This document shows positions 42,948-53,646 of a stretch of DNA of 64,000 nt, in pieces. The stretch covers positions 3,552-67,551 of the forward strand of contig JAYZXD010000040.1 in NCBI GenBank assembly GCA_036141595.1, in the 5' to 3' direction. Under the pieces are notes generated by a model, which did not search any database, was not told where the DNA came from, and worked only from the letters and a program-made list of their open reading frames with translations. The first letter of the stretch is position 1, and every line of letters starts with the position of its first letter. The position numbers were made by a program, and so were the translations under genes. The DNA comes from Bacteroidota bacterium (lineage in GTDB: Bacteria; Bacteroidota; Bacteroidia; Flavobacteriales; BACL11).

Positions 42948-43977
42948 ATTGGGTATAACAATAGGAGATTCAAACGGTATTGGATTAGAAACGATAATCA
43001 AAACATTTAGTGATAATAGAATGATAGATTTTTGTACACCTATTGTTTTTGGATCATCAAAAATTGCACAAATACACAGAAGAGCTATTTCTAAACAAGA
43101 TTTTACATTTAATATAATTAATAGTATTGATGAAATAAATCCAAAAAAACCTAATTTAATAAATATTGACAATAAAGAAATTGATGTAAATTTTGGTAAG
43201 GCGTCTATAGAATCAGCATCTTTATCTTATCTTTCCATTGAAAAAGCAACAGACGCATTCAAAAATAATCAAATTGATATTATAGTTACTGCTCCAATTA
43301 ACAAAATATCTATTCAGAAAAAAGTAAATACCTTTATTGGTCATACCGAATTTTTTGAAGAAAAATTTAATTCAAAAGCTATAATGATTATGACTAGTGA
43401 TATTATGAAAATTGCATTTGTTACAAGCCATATTCCATTATCAAAAATAAGCAAGCACATAACTGAAGAAAATATAATTTTAAAAGCAAAAAAATTTAAC
43501 CACGCTTTAATTCAAGATTTTGGAATTAGAAAACCAAAAATTGCTGTACTCTCTTTAAATCCTCATGCAGGAGAAAATGGCCTTCTTGGAGCAGAAGAAA
43601 ATGATATCATTTCTCCAGCAATTGATAAACTAAAAGAAAATAATATTTTGGCTTTTGGGCCTTACCCTACAGACAGTTTTTTTTCAAGTAATAACTTAAA
43701 AGCTTTTGATGGTATATTATCTATGTATCATGATCAGGGACTAACTCCCTTTAAAACTTTATCGTTTAATAAAGGAGTAAATTTCACTGCTGGACTTGAG
43801 GTAATAAGAACGTCACCTGTGCACGGTACTGCATACCAAATTGCTGGAGAAGGATTGGCAGATGAGTCTTCATTTAGAGAGGCTGTTTTTTTAGCTTGCA
43901 AAATTTTTAAAAAACGATTAGAATATAGTGAATTAAATAAAAATCCACTTTCATTTAAAGACGTATCAAAAAGCTAA
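42934..43977 (+). CDS. pdxA: 4-hydroxythreonine-4-phosphate dehydrogenase
   Basis: GITIGD.NGIG.E, TAPINK, GHTE, NPHAGE, MYHDQGL. Confidence 0.94.
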   Translation: MKKIRLGITIGDSNGIGLETIIKTFSDNRMIDFCTPIVFGSSKIAQIHRRAISKQDFTFNIINSIDEINPKKPNLINIDNKEIDVNFGKASIESASLSYLSIEKATDAFKNNQIDIIVTAPINKISIQKKVNTFIGHTEFFEEKFNSKAIMIMTSDIMKIAFVTSHIPLSKISKHITEENIILKAKKFNHALIQDFGIRKPKIAVLSLNPHAGENGLLGAEENDIISPAIDKLKENNILAFGPYPTDSFFSSNNLKAFDGILSMYHDQGLTPFKTLSFNKGVNFTAGLEVIRTSPVHGTAYQIAGEGLADESSFREAVFLACKIFKKRLEYSELNKNPLSFKDVSKS

Positions 43978-44001
43978 TAATGAAGTCACAATAAATTTAT
44001 A

Positions 44002-44009
44002 TATATTTG
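44002..44009 (+). promoter_or_regulatory. -7 promoter box (TATATTTG) of the yceD-rpmF operon
   Basis: TAnnTTTG followed by C, 21 nt upstream of ATG 44031. Confidence 0.65.
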
Positions 44010-44030
44010 CCATCCTTTTGTTTCTAAGAA

Positions 44031-44543
44031 ATGGATGATTTTATAATAAAGTTAGGTTCAGTAAGTAGTAATAAATCATCTTTTTTTTTTAAAATAAAAG
44101 ATACGTTCTTTGAAGATTTTGTTTTTTTTGAATTTAAAAATGTTGATATTAATGTTAATGTAACTTTGTTTAAAGATTTAAATAAAATTTCTCTTAAATT
44201 ATTGTTAGAGGGAAAGATTAACGACGTTCCATGTGATTTATGTAATCAACATTTATCAATAGATATAAATTGCTCGACGAAGTTAATTATAAAAAGAACT
44301 CAAAGAAATTTATCTTCAACTGAAGAGATAATTTATCTTCAAAAAAATGAAAATAGTATAAACTTAAAACAAATAATTTTTGAATTAATTGTTGTAAACA
44401 TACCTGCAAAAAGAGAACACCCAGTAGATAAAAATGGAAATAGTACATGCGATAAAGGTATGATTGAATTATTAAATAAATATATGCCTGGCAAGTCAAA
44501 ACTGTCTGACCCTAGATGGGATGCATTAAAAAACTTAAAATAA
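44031..44543 (+). CDS. yceD: DUF177/YceD family protein
   Basis: PCDLC, C-terminal [10 protein letters not shown]; directly upstream of rpmF. Confidence 0.88.
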   Translation: MDDFIIKLGSVSSNKSSFFFKIKDTFFEDFVFFEFKNVDINVNVTLFKDLNKISLKLLLEGKINDVPCDLCNQHLSIDINCSTKLIIKRTQRNLSSTEEIIYLQKNENSINLKQIIFELIVVNIPAKREHPVDKNGNSTCDKGMIELLNKYMPGKSKLSDPRWDALKNLK

Positions 44544-44547
44544 AAAA

Positions 44548-44733
44548 ATGGCACATCCAAAACGAAAGATCTCTAAAACAAGAAGAGATAAAAGAAGAAC
44601 ACATTACAAAGCAAGTAGTCAAACTATCAAAGTTTGTCCTGAAACTGGCGTAGCTCACCTTTACCATAGAGCCTATGAGCATGATGGTAAAATGTACTAC
44701 AGAGGAAAACTAATTTCAGAATCTAAAATTTAA
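44548..44733 (+). CDS. rpmF: 50S ribosomal protein L32
   Basis: [22 protein letters not shown]. Confidence 0.97.
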   Translation: MAHPKRKISKTRRDKRRTHYKASSQTIKVCPETGVAHLYHRAYEHDGKMYYRGKLISESKI

Positions 44734-44798
44734 AAATAAAAATCAAAGTCTTTTTACAATCAGTGTAATTAGATTATTTTTTTTTATTTAATTTTGAT

Positions 44799-45737
44799 AT
44801 GAGAATTGGAATAGATATTATGGGAGGAGACTTTGCTCCTGAAAAAACTGTTGCTGGGGCAGTATCTGCTCTAAAAAAATTATCAAAAAATACTAAGCTA
44901 ATATTATTTGGGCACAAGGATGAAGTTTATTTACAACTAAAAAAAATTAACTGCTCATATAAATTCGAAATTGTTCATTGCGAAGAAATAATTTCTATGG
45001 ATGAACATGCTACTAAAGGATTTAGATCTAAACCCAATTCAAGTATTGCCAAAGGATTTGAACATTTAAATGCTGGTAAAATCGATGGATTTGCGTCAGC
45101 TGGAAATACTGGTGCTATTTTTGTTGGAAGCTTTTATGCAATAAAAGCAATTGCTGGAGTCATGAGACCACCGCTGTCTGCAATACTTCCTAGAGCAAAT
45201 GGAGGATCAACAGTTTTACTTGATGTTGGTGCAAATGTGGATTGCAAACCCGATGTGCTATATCAATTTGGTATATTGGGCTCTTTATTTTCAAAACATG
45301 TTTGTAATATAGAAAAACCAAAAGTAGCGCTTCTTAACGTGGGAGAAGAAAAATGCAAAGGTAACTTGGCAAGCCAAACTGCCTATAACTTAATGGAAAA
45401 CAACGAAAATTTTGAGTTTATCGGAAACTGTGAAGGAAGAGATATTTTTAATTCACAGATAGATGTAATTGTGTGTGATGGATTTACTGGTAATATCGTA
45501 TTGAAAGAAGCTGAAGGTATTTACGAAATAATGAAACAAAGAGGATTACTTGATGACTTTTTCAGTAGATTAAATTACGAAGATTACGGGGGTACTCCAA
45601 TACTTGGACTTAATAAACCTGTAATTATTGGCCATGGAATATCAAATGAAGCAGCTATTAAAAATATGATATTATTAACAGAAAATATCACTAGAGCTGA
45701 TTTAGCAAACAAGATAAAAAATAGTATTACCTTATGA
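44799..45737 (+). CDS. plsX: Phosphate acyltransferase
   Basis: IDIMGGDFAP, SAGNTGA, LDVGAN, CDGFTGNIVLK. Confidence 0.95.
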   Translation: MRIGIDIMGGDFAPEKTVAGAVSALKKLSKNTKLILFGHKDEVYLQLKKINCSYKFEIVHCEEIISMDEHATKGFRSKPNSSIAKGFEHLNAGKIDGFASAGNTGAIFVGSFYAIKAIAGVMRPPLSAILPRANGGSTVLLDVGANVDCKPDVLYQFGILGSLFSKHVCNIEKPKVALLNVGEEKCKGNLASQTAYNLMENNENFEFIGNCEGRDIFNSQIDVIVCDGFTGNIVLKEAEGIYEIMKQRGLLDDFFSRLNYEDYGGTPILGLNKPVIIGHGISNEAAIKNMILLTENITRADLANKIKNSITL

Positions 45738-46735
45738 AAAAAATAACTGCTGCAATTACTGGAATTGAAGGTTATGTTCCTGACTATATTTTAACAAATA
45801 AAGAGTTAGAGAGCTATGTTGACACAAATGACGAATGGATTGTTTCAAGAACAGGAATAAAAGAACGTAGAATTCTAAAAGAAGAGGGAAAGGGAACATC
45901 AGTTTTAGGTTCAAAAGCTGTAGAAGGTCTTTTAAAGAAAACAAATACTTCTGCCAAAGACATTGATCTAATTATTTGTGCAACTGCTACACCTGATATG
46001 ATATTTCCTTCTACAGCGTGTTTAATTGCTGATAAAATTGGTGCATGCAATGCTTTTGCTTATGATTTGATGGCTGCTTGTTCAGGATTTTTATTTTCTT
46101 TATCAACTGCTGCTAAATTTATTGAAACAGGAACGTATAAAAAAATTATAGTAGTAGGAGCTGACAAAATGTCTTCAATAATAAACTACGAAGATCGAGC
46201 AACTTGTATTATTTTCGGTGATGGAGCGGGAGCTGTTTTACTTGAGCCTAATGAAAATGGATTAGGCATTCAAGATGCAATTCTAAAAAGCGATGGTTCA
46301 GGAGGAGAGTTTTTACACATGAAAGCAGGGGGTTCTGCTAGACCTGCAAGTCATGCTACAGTAGACGCCAAAGAACATTCAGTATACCAGGATGGACAAA
46401 CAGTATTCAAAGCTGCAGTGACCTCTATGGCAGATGTATCAGAAGAGATAATGAAAAAAAACAATCTATCTTCTGAAGATGTTACATGGTTAGTTCCTCA
46501 TCAAGCAAATCAAAGAATAATAGATGCAACTGCAAGAAGAATGGGAGTAGGAAATGAAAAAGTAATGATTAATATTGAAAAATATGGAAATACCACCAAT
46601 GGCACTATTCCTTTGTGCTTATGGGAGTGGGAAGATAAATTAAAAAAAGGAGATAATTTAGTGCTTGCCGCTTTTGGGGGGGGCTTTACTTGGGGAGCAA
46701 TGTATTTGAAATGGGCTTATGATTCAAATAAATAA
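45734..46735 (+). CDS. fabH: 3-oxoacyl-ACP synthase III
   Basis: RTGIKERR, AACSGF, PHQANQRII, YGNT, FGGGFTWG. Confidence 0.97.
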   Translation: MKKITAAITGIEGYVPDYILTNKELESYVDTNDEWIVSRTGIKERRILKEEGKGTSVLGSKAVEGLLKKTNTSAKDIDLIICATATPDMIFPSTACLIADKIGACNAFAYDLMAACSGFLFSLSTAAKFIETGTYKKIIVVGADKMSSIINYEDRATCIIFGDGAGAVLLEPNENGLGIQDAILKSDGSGGEFLHMKAGGSARPASHATVDAKEHSVYQDGQTVFKAAVTSMADVSEEIMKKNNLSSEDVTWLVPHQANQRIIDATARRMGVGNEKVMINIEKYGNTTNGTIPLCLWEWEDKLKKGDNLVLAAFGGGFTWGAMYLKWAYDSNK

Positions 46736-46756
46736 TTATTTTTGTAAAATATAAAT

Positions 46757-47299
46757 ATGAAAAAGATGAATTTAGAAGATATTCAAGAATTAATCAAATT
46801 TGTTGCAAAATCTGGAGCAACAGAGGTAGATCTAGAAATTGATAATATTAAAATTTCTATAAAATCTCCTGCTAAAAAAAGAAGAGGCAAAGAAGAAGTC
46901 ACTGAAGTTATTCATCAAATACCTACACAAATTATAAATCCATCACAGGTGCCTGTTACAACTCCTGCTCCAGTAGCTGTACAAACTACAACTACGGATA
47001 TGGATTCGGCTAATAAAGAAAAATCAACTCCGAAAAGTGAGGTAAATGATGACGACAAATACATCACCGTAAAAGCATCAATGATTGGCACCTTTTATAG
47101 ATCATCTGCTCCTGACAAGCCTCCATTTGTAAATATTGGTGATACAATTAAAGAAGGAGACACAATCTGTATTATAGAAGCTATGAAATTATTTAATGAA
47201 ATCGAATCTGAAATAAGTGGAAAAGTCATTAAAGTTTTAGTGGATGATAATACTCCTGTTGAATTTGATCAACCACTTTTCCTCATCGATCCATCATAA
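46757..47299 (+). CDS. accB: Acetyl-CoA carboxylase biotin carboxyl carrier protein
   Basis: MIGTFYR, EAMKLFNEI. Confidence 0.97.
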   Translation: MKKMNLEDIQELIKFVAKSGATEVDLEIDNIKISIKSPAKKRRGKEEVTEVIHQIPTQIINPSQVPVTTPAPVAVQTTTTDMDSANKEKSTPKSEVNDDDKYITVKASMIGTFYRSSAPDKPPFVNIGDTIKEGDTICIIEAMKLFNEIESEISGKVIKVLVDDNTPVEFDQPLFLIDPS

Positions 47300-47311
47300 T
47301 TTTATTTTATT

Positions 47312-48649
47312 ATGTTTAAAAAAATTCTAATTGCCAACAGAGGTGAAATTGCCTTAAGAATCATTCGTACTTGTAAAGAAATGGGAATTAAAACTGTAGC
47401 GGTATATTCAAAAGCAGATGAAGCCAGTTTACACGTAAGGTTTGCAGATGAAGCGGTTTGTGTTGGCCCTGCAGCTAGTAGTGATTCTTATTTAAAAATA
47501 TCAAATATTATAGCGGCTGCAGAAATAACAAACGCGGACGCAATTCATCCAGGTTATGGATTTTTAGCTGAAAACTCTAATTTTTCCAAAATATGTGCTG
47601 AAAATAATATAAAGTTTATTGGAGCCTCTCCTGAAATGATTGATGGTATGGGAGACAAGGCTGCAGCTAAAGAAACAATGAAAAAGGCAGGTGTACCAAC
47701 AATTCCTGGATCAGACGGGCTAATTAAAAACTTTGAAGAATGTAAAAAACTAGCAAAAGAAGTAGTTGGCTATCCAATAATGCTAAAAGCAACTGCAGGA
47801 GGTGGTGGTAAAGGTATGAGACTAGTATGGAATGAAGAAAATTTAGAGGATGCTTGGAATAGTGCTAAGACAGAAGCTAAAGCAGCTTTTGGTGATGATG
47901 GGATGTACATGGAGAAGTTTATCGAAAATCCTCGTCATATTGAAATTCAAATAATTGGAGATAAAACAGGTAAGGCGGCGCACCTTTCAGAAAGAGACTG
48001 TTCAATACAAAGAAGACATCAAAAATTAGTAGAAGAAACACCTTCTCCTTTTATGACTGATCAACTTAGAGAAGATATGGGTAATGCTGCAATTAAAGCT
48101 GCAGAGTCTGTAAAATATGAAGGGGTCGGTACTGTTGAATTTTTAGTAGATAAACATCGAAATTTTTACTTTATGGAGATGAATACTAGAATTCAAGTGG
48201 AGCACCCTGTAACAGAGGAAGTAGTTGATTATGATCTAATTCGAGAACAAATAAAGGTTGCTGCAGGTATTAAAATATCTGGTAAAAATTATTCACCTCA
48301 GCTACATGCTATTGAATGTAGAATTAATGCAGAGGATCCTTATAATGACTTTAGACCATCTCCTGGATTGATTAACAACTTTCATGCTCCTGGGGGGCAT
48401 GGAATAAGAATTGATACACATGCATATGCAAACTATATGATTCCTCCATATTATGATTCTATGATAGCTAAACTAATTACGGTTGCTCAAACCAGAGAGG
48501 AAGCAATTTCAAAAATGGAGAGAGCATTAGATGAATTTATTATTGAGGGTATTAAAACAACAATACCTTTTCACAAAAAACTAATGAGAAATAAAGACTT
48601 TCGCAAAGGAAACTATACCACAAAGTTTATGGAAGACTTTGAGCTTTAA
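47312..48649 (+). CDS. accC: Acetyl-CoA carboxylase biotin carboxylase
   Basis: [35 protein letters not shown]. Confidence 0.97.
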   Translation: MFKKILIANRGEIALRIIRTCKEMGIKTVAVYSKADEASLHVRFADEAVCVGPAASSDSYLKISNIIAAAEITNADAIHPGYGFLAENSNFSKICAENNIKFIGASPEMIDGMGDKAAAKETMKKAGVPTIPGSDGLIKNFEECKKLAKEVVGYPIMLKATAGGGGKGMRLVWNEENLEDAWNSAKTEAKAAFGDDGMYMEKFIENPRHIEIQIIGDKTGKAAHLSERDCSIQRRHQKLVEETPSPFMTDQLREDMGNAAIKAAESVKYEGVGTVEFLVDKHRNFYFMEMNTRIQVEHPVTEEVVDYDLIREQIKVAAGIKISGKNYSPQLHAIECRINAEDPYNDFRPSPGLINNFHAPGGHGIRIDTHAYANYMIPPYYDSMIAKLITVAQTREEAISKMERALDEFIIEGIKTTIPFHKKLMRNKDFRKGNYTTKFMEDFEL

Positions 48650-48673
48650 TTAAAAAATCAATTTTTTGATTAA

Positions 48674-50809
48674 TTAATTTATAACTACTTTTTTTATCAC
48701 AATACCCTCTTCAGAAAAGATCTTCAAAAAGTAAATACCTTGATTATCAATATCAATTGGAAAAGAATTATATCTAGCTAAATACTTACCACTAGCATCA
48801 AATAAACGAATAGAATATATTTCTATATCATTTAAAATATCTATACTTCTAGTTGAAGGATTAGGAAACACATCTATTTTTAAGTTTATTAAATTGCCTG
48901 TAGTATTTATATTACTTAACTCAGACCACCTTTTTTCAAATTCTTGTAAATAAATATTTGCAATAGTTGCGTCATAAATAATTAATGTGTTTTCATCAGA
49001 ATTATTTTCTGCATTGTTACTCCAATTGTGAGAGCCAGTAATTAAAATTGGTTCTGAAGCAGTAACATTTGCGTCAGCTATTGCATATTTATGATGAAAA
49101 GAATTTGGCACTCCAGTATGGGATCGCATATTTACTCCATTAGTTTGTAAGTTAGCAAATTCACTACCTGTGGAGTTTTCATCTTCAATAATACCCCTAA
49201 TGCTTATTCCAAACTCATTATTTTTATCTATAATAGTTTGTGCTAAATCGTCCCTAGTGAAACTTAATAAACCAAACTCAAAAGAATAGTCAACTGATTG
49301 AATAACTTTATTTATTTGAGATGTCGTTTGATCTGAGGGAGAAAAATATAATTCTATATGCTTGCCAGCAACATTAAATTTATGAGGAGTATTGTCACTT
49401 TTTTGACTTCCAAAATTTCCTGCCCACATCTCTTCAAACTCTAAAGTATAAGCTTTAGCTAAGGCTTGATCTTGAATAAAAATAATATTGTTGTAATCAT
49501 TAAATAAATTAGATGGATTAGACCAATTAGTAGACCCACCCATTATCCATGAATTATTAGTAGAATTTGCATCTATAATAATAAACTTATTGTGCATAAT
49601 GCCTGGAAGACTAGAATTTCTGTAAACGACAGGAATATTAGGATGTAAATTTGATAACATAGAGTTAACAACATCATCATCTGCAATATATCTAACTGAG
49701 ACGCCTCTGTTATAAGCATCATTAATTGCATTTGCAATTGTTCCATCTGATGCATTATACACACAAATATCCAAACTTGTTTGCGCAAGGTCCATGTAAG
49801 CCTTTATAGTATCATTAAAATATGTTGTTATGTTTTGTGCATCTGTACCTGTAGAAAAAGAATTATCTACTGAATGATTAAAGTAGGGGCGGATAGCCCC
49901 AGTAGAATTAGAAGCAGTAGAAAATAATCCAACAGAGGAGAAAGCTGTATCATTTCCATTAATAGAAAAACATTCTACATAATAAAAAGTAGCAGGTGTA
50001 AGACCTGTTAAGCTTACTGTATGCATCATATTGCTACCTCCATTGTTAACTATAGTGCCTAAAGCTGAAGATGTACCGTAATTATAATTTGCTGAAGAAG
50101 AATCAGATACAGTCCACGACAAATCGAAACCTGTAGTAGTAATATTGGTTTGCTCAACCGCTGAGGTAAACAACAGTGCTCCTGAAGAAATAATATCTGA
50201 GCTATCTCGAGGCAGAATTTGATAGCCATCATTGGCAGGAACAATAAATGTATATTGAGATGATATACCAATTAATGTTACTGGCCCTATAGGTATCATT
50301 GAATTTTCAAGTGGACTTCCTGACTTTATATACACTTTTCCTTGTTGTCCGCCAGAGTTAAAATCATGCGTACCAACAGTAAAAATAGAACCTCCATTAT
50401 TAAAAATTGTATTATTAATTTGTACCAATTCAGCCTCAGTGTCTTCTCCAATCATTGCAGGGGTTACTGATTGTGGTACTGGAAGAGGGTTGTTTGAAGA
50501 ATGAATAATTGGGCTTCCTGCAACATAAACCTCAAGCAATCCATTATAATCAGCTAGCTCTCCAGTGATTGATATACTGTCTCCTCTTAAAACATTTGAC
50601 AAATAGTTATTTGTGGTCAAGTCGTATAATGCTATTCCCGCTGTACCATCTTCAATATATCTAATTATACCCATTTCGTCACCATTTGTTACAATACCTG
50701 TGATTGTAACTGTTGAACCTAACACTTGAGTTCTTGCAGTTGCAATATCTTGTTGCGCAAATGTTATAAATGAAGTAAATGCCAAAATTATTAGTAGTGT
50801 TCTTTTCAT
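48674..50809 (-). CDS. Secreted multidomain protein: OB-fold pair + Fn3 + two PLD (HKD) domains + T9SS CTD; putative nuclease or phospholipase
   Basis: IATAR...VTITGIVT...YIEDGTAGI...GD.I.ITG.L..YNGLLE and GYQILPRD (YhcR/DUF5689-like OB folds); HTVSLTGLTPATFYY (Fn3); HNKFIIID..GSTNWS and HHKYAIAD..GSHNWS; CTD VFPNPS...GIYFLKI. Confidence 0.8.
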   Translation of the reverse strand: MKRTLLIILAFTSFITFAQQDIATARTQVLGSTVTITGIVTNGDEMGIIRYIEDGTAGIALYDLTTNNYLSNVLRGDSISITGELADYNGLLEVYVAGSPIIHSSNNPLPVPQSVTPAMIGEDTEAELVQINNTIFNNGGSIFTVGTHDFNSGGQQGKVYIKSGSPLENSMIPIGPVTLIGISSQYTFIVPANDGYQILPRDSSDIISSGALLFTSAVEQTNITTTGFDLSWTVSDSSSANYNYGTSSALGTIVNNGGSNMMHTVSLTGLTPATFYYVECFSINGNDTAFSSVGLFSTASNSTGAIRPYFNHSVDNSFSTGTDAQNITTYFNDTIKAYMDLAQTSLDICVYNASDGTIANAINDAYNRGVSVRYIADDDVVNSMLSNLHPNIPVVYRNSSLPGIMHNKFIIIDANSTNNSWIMGGSTNWSNPSNLFNDYNNIIFIQDQALAKAYTLEFEEMWAGNFGSQKSDNTPHKFNVAGKHIELYFSPSDQTTSQINKVIQSVDYSFEFGLLSFTRDDLAQTIIDKNNEFGISIRGIIEDENSTGSEFANLQTNGVNMRSHTGVPNSFHHKYAIADANVTASEPILITGSHNWSNNAENNSDENTLIIYDATIANIYLQEFEKRWSELSNINTTGNLINLKIDVFPNPSTRSIDILNDIEIYSIRLFDASGKYLARYNSFPIDIDNQGIYFLKIFSEEGIVIKKVVIN

Positions 50810-50832
50810 ATCAATTGTTTAATTAAAAAATA

Positions 50833-53637
50833 TTAAAATATAAATCTTGCTGACAAAGTATACCTTCGGCCTAATCCAAAAAAGACTCCGGCAGATTTAG
50901 CATCAAAATCTTGATAATTTGAATTATATGGATCATTATTTTGAGAATCAGATATATATCTCTCATTAAATAAGTTTAATATACTTAATTTTAAATCTAG
51001 CTTATTGTTGTCCCATAACTTGAATTTGTATCCTGCATGTAAATCAATTAAGTTATATGAAGGTATTTTCCAACTTTGTCTTCCTGCATTTACTCCGTTC
51101 AACGATAATGGATCAAAATCAGAAAAATATCTTGAAAAATTAGTCCCTCTTATTTTTATGTAGGTGTTAGTGTTTGGTTCATATCTCAAACTAAATCCTT
51201 GTTGCGTTTGAGCTGCATCACCCACATGAACACCATCTGCATCAAAAGTCGCAACTATTTCATTTCCAAAATCGTCAGTAATTGGATTATTGTTGTCGTC
51301 CGTAAATCTAACTGTATCCGAAGATGCCCATTTCCAATTTCCAAATGAAACTAATGCTTCTAATGTAAGTTTTTGAGTTAATCTAATTGCCAAATCAAGC
51401 TCAGCTCCCTTATGTAATGCATCCATACCATTAATATTAGCCCTATATGGAATATCATCTACCAAGACTGTAACACCTCCATTAGATGGCTTATTTTCCC
51501 ACTGTGTATAATAAACATTAAAGTTAGAGGAATATTTAGAGGACCTGAAAGAATGACCCCATTCAAAAGCTTTAACTATTTCATTTTTTATATCTCTAAA
51601 CAAAGTATTATCGTAATAATATACGTTATTAAATCTTGGAGCTTTTGAGATATATCCAACATTAAAAAATATATTATTGTTTTCATCAACATTTAAATTT
51701 GCTCCTGTCTTTAAAGTATAGCCTCTAATCCATTTCCAATCTGTTTCAGCATTTTTTGCCTCTTTGGAATTCATTGTATAGGCAACACCATTATGAATAA
51801 TAGTGTCCTCTACCATTTCTTTTGTAGCTCCAGTTAAATTGCCATTTTCATCATATGTCGGCTGGGTCATAACAGATGTTCCCAAAGCTTCATAATATGT
51901 AGTGTCTGCTAAAACTAAATCCTTCTTTTTAAAATAATCTATTCTCTTATATGCAGAATTTGAAGCAGAAATATTAAAGAATGTACTTAGCATGCCATTA
52001 CTGTACTCAGCTTGAGAAAAAACTCCACTCCATTTAACTATTCCATCATTGTGATAACCAACCTTATCTCCCTCTCTTTTAATTTCTGAATCCTGGAGTC
52101 CATTTGCTCCATCGAGGGCATAATCTGCACCTAACAAATCATAAACTTCTCTATAATGCTCTCCTCTATAATACCTCATATCTACGCCTCCAGAAAGATT
52201 AATTTCATCACTTACTTGAAAATTTAAAGTTGATAATCCCCCATACCAGTAATGATTATTTATTGAACTCCTCAGATAGGTTCCTGCTTTATTTTCGTTG
52301 AGAGAATAAAGTCCGTCAATATTATTTTTATTTGCATTATATGCCTCTTGAAGATTATACTGACCTTCATCATCATAATTATTTGTATTGCCACTTAAAC
52401 CTGTTCCTCCACCATTACCTAATGAAACATATAAAATATTAGATAGATAAAATTTTTCAGAAGCAGTCCAAAAATGTCGTAATGAAAATTGAGGTTTATG
52501 ATAATAATTTTGTTTGGTATTTAGCCTACTTCTGTCATGTATTGTGTCTCCATTTATGTTTACACTCCACCGATCTAAATATCCCCAATGTTTATTATAT
52601 TGAATTCCTTTATTTACAATTCTATTTGTAAAATCTGATGTGTCACCCAAAGCTCTAGCAAAAGTGGTATCATAGGTCGCTATGTCACTTTTATAAGATC
52701 TTTGTCCATGCTTTTGCGGAGCACCCATAGCTGATAGACTTAAAACATGCTTGCCTAGTTGCTTTTGAACCTTTAGGTAATAAAAATATCCCTGAGTCCA
52801 TGTCTCATCAACAAACCCCATGCCATTTTTATACGAACCGGCAAGTGTGTATCCCCAATCACCTTTCAACTTACCTGAATTATAACCAATTGAGGTTGTT
52901 GTTCTTCCAAAACTTCCAACTGATTGCTTAATAACACCAGAAGATTTATTTCCTGTGCCTTTTGTTAAAATATTCATTGTCCCTCCAACAGATGGAATGG
53001 CAATTTTCGAAGCTCCTAACCCTCTTTGTACCTGAATGTTAGATGTTACTGCATCTAAACCAAACCAATTACTCCAGTATACCCAGCCATTCTCCATATC
53101 ATTAACAGGTATTCCGTCAATCATTACAGCGACATTTCGTTGGTTGAATCCTCTAATTGTAATTCTTGCATCACCATCACCACCTCCACTTTGTGTAGCG
53201 TAAACTCCAGGTGTTGAGTTTAAAACCATTGGAATATCTTGAGAAGCTAACTCCTCACTTATTTTTTTCATAGGTATTGTTGAAAATGCAACTGGAGTCT
53301 TTCTTTCTCTAGCAACATCAGAAACAACTTGTACTTCATTTAATAGTTTGGTTTCTAATTTAAAGTTAATTATTTGAGGATCTTTAGAAATTAAAACTTT
53401 ACGATTTATTACTTTGTAACCGACATATGAAACTTGAATACTTCTTTCTCCTGGTTGAGTATAAAATAAGAAATTACCCTCAAAATCTGTCGCAGTTCCC
53501 AAACCCTTGCCAAAAACTATTGTAGCCCCTATTAGCGGCTCACCTGTATTTGCATCTGTAATTTTTCCACTTACAGCAACCTGGGAAAAGGAACTAAAAA
53601 AACTAAATAATAAAAAATAAAAAATAAGTTTTCTCAT
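50833..53637 (-). CDS. TonB-dependent receptor (not SusC-type, no SusD partner)
   Basis: Signal peptide, GKITDANTGEPLIGATI, plug IRGFNQRNVAVMIDGIPVNDMENGWVYWSNW, C-terminal Phe. Confidence 0.93.
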   Translation of the reverse strand: MRKLIFYFLLFSFFSSFSQVAVSGKITDANTGEPLIGATIVFGKGLGTATDFEGNFLFYTQPGERSIQVSYVGYKVINRKVLISKDPQIINFKLETKLLNEVQVVSDVARERKTPVAFSTIPMKKISEELASQDIPMVLNSTPGVYATQSGGGDGDARITIRGFNQRNVAVMIDGIPVNDMENGWVYWSNWFGLDAVTSNIQVQRGLGASKIAIPSVGGTMNILTKGTGNKSSGVIKQSVGSFGRTTTSIGYNSGKLKGDWGYTLAGSYKNGMGFVDETWTQGYFYYLKVQKQLGKHVLSLSAMGAPQKHGQRSYKSDIATYDTTFARALGDTSDFTNRIVNKGIQYNKHWGYLDRWSVNINGDTIHDRSRLNTKQNYYHKPQFSLRHFWTASEKFYLSNILYVSLGNGGGTGLSGNTNNYDDEGQYNLQEAYNANKNNIDGLYSLNENKAGTYLRSSINNHYWYGGLSTLNFQVSDEINLSGGVDMRYYRGEHYREVYDLLGADYALDGANGLQDSEIKREGDKVGYHNDGIVKWSGVFSQAEYSNGMLSTFFNISASNSAYKRIDYFKKKDLVLADTTYYEALGTSVMTQPTYDENGNLTGATKEMVEDTIIHNGVAYTMNSKEAKNAETDWKWIRGYTLKTGANLNVDENNNIFFNVGYISKAPRFNNVYYYDNTLFRDIKNEIVKAFEWGHSFRSSKYSSNFNVYYTQWENKPSNGGVTVLVDDIPYRANINGMDALHKGAELDLAIRLTQKLTLEALVSFGNWKWASSDTVRFTDDNNNPITDDFGNEIVATFDADGVHVGDAAQTQQGFSLRYEPNTNTYIKIRGTNFSRYFSDFDPLSLNGVNAGRQSWKIPSYNLIDLHAGYKFKLWDNNKLDLKLSILNLFNERYISDSQNNDPYNSNYQDFDAKSAGVFFGLGRRYTLSARFIF

Positions 53638-53646
53638 GAAAAAATC

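Noticed and set aside
48674-50809. PLD-domain anti-phage defence nuclease or cardiolipin synthase
   Set aside because: Signal peptide and T9SS CTD indicate export; there is no helicase/methylase partner and no Cls-type N-terminal TM pair
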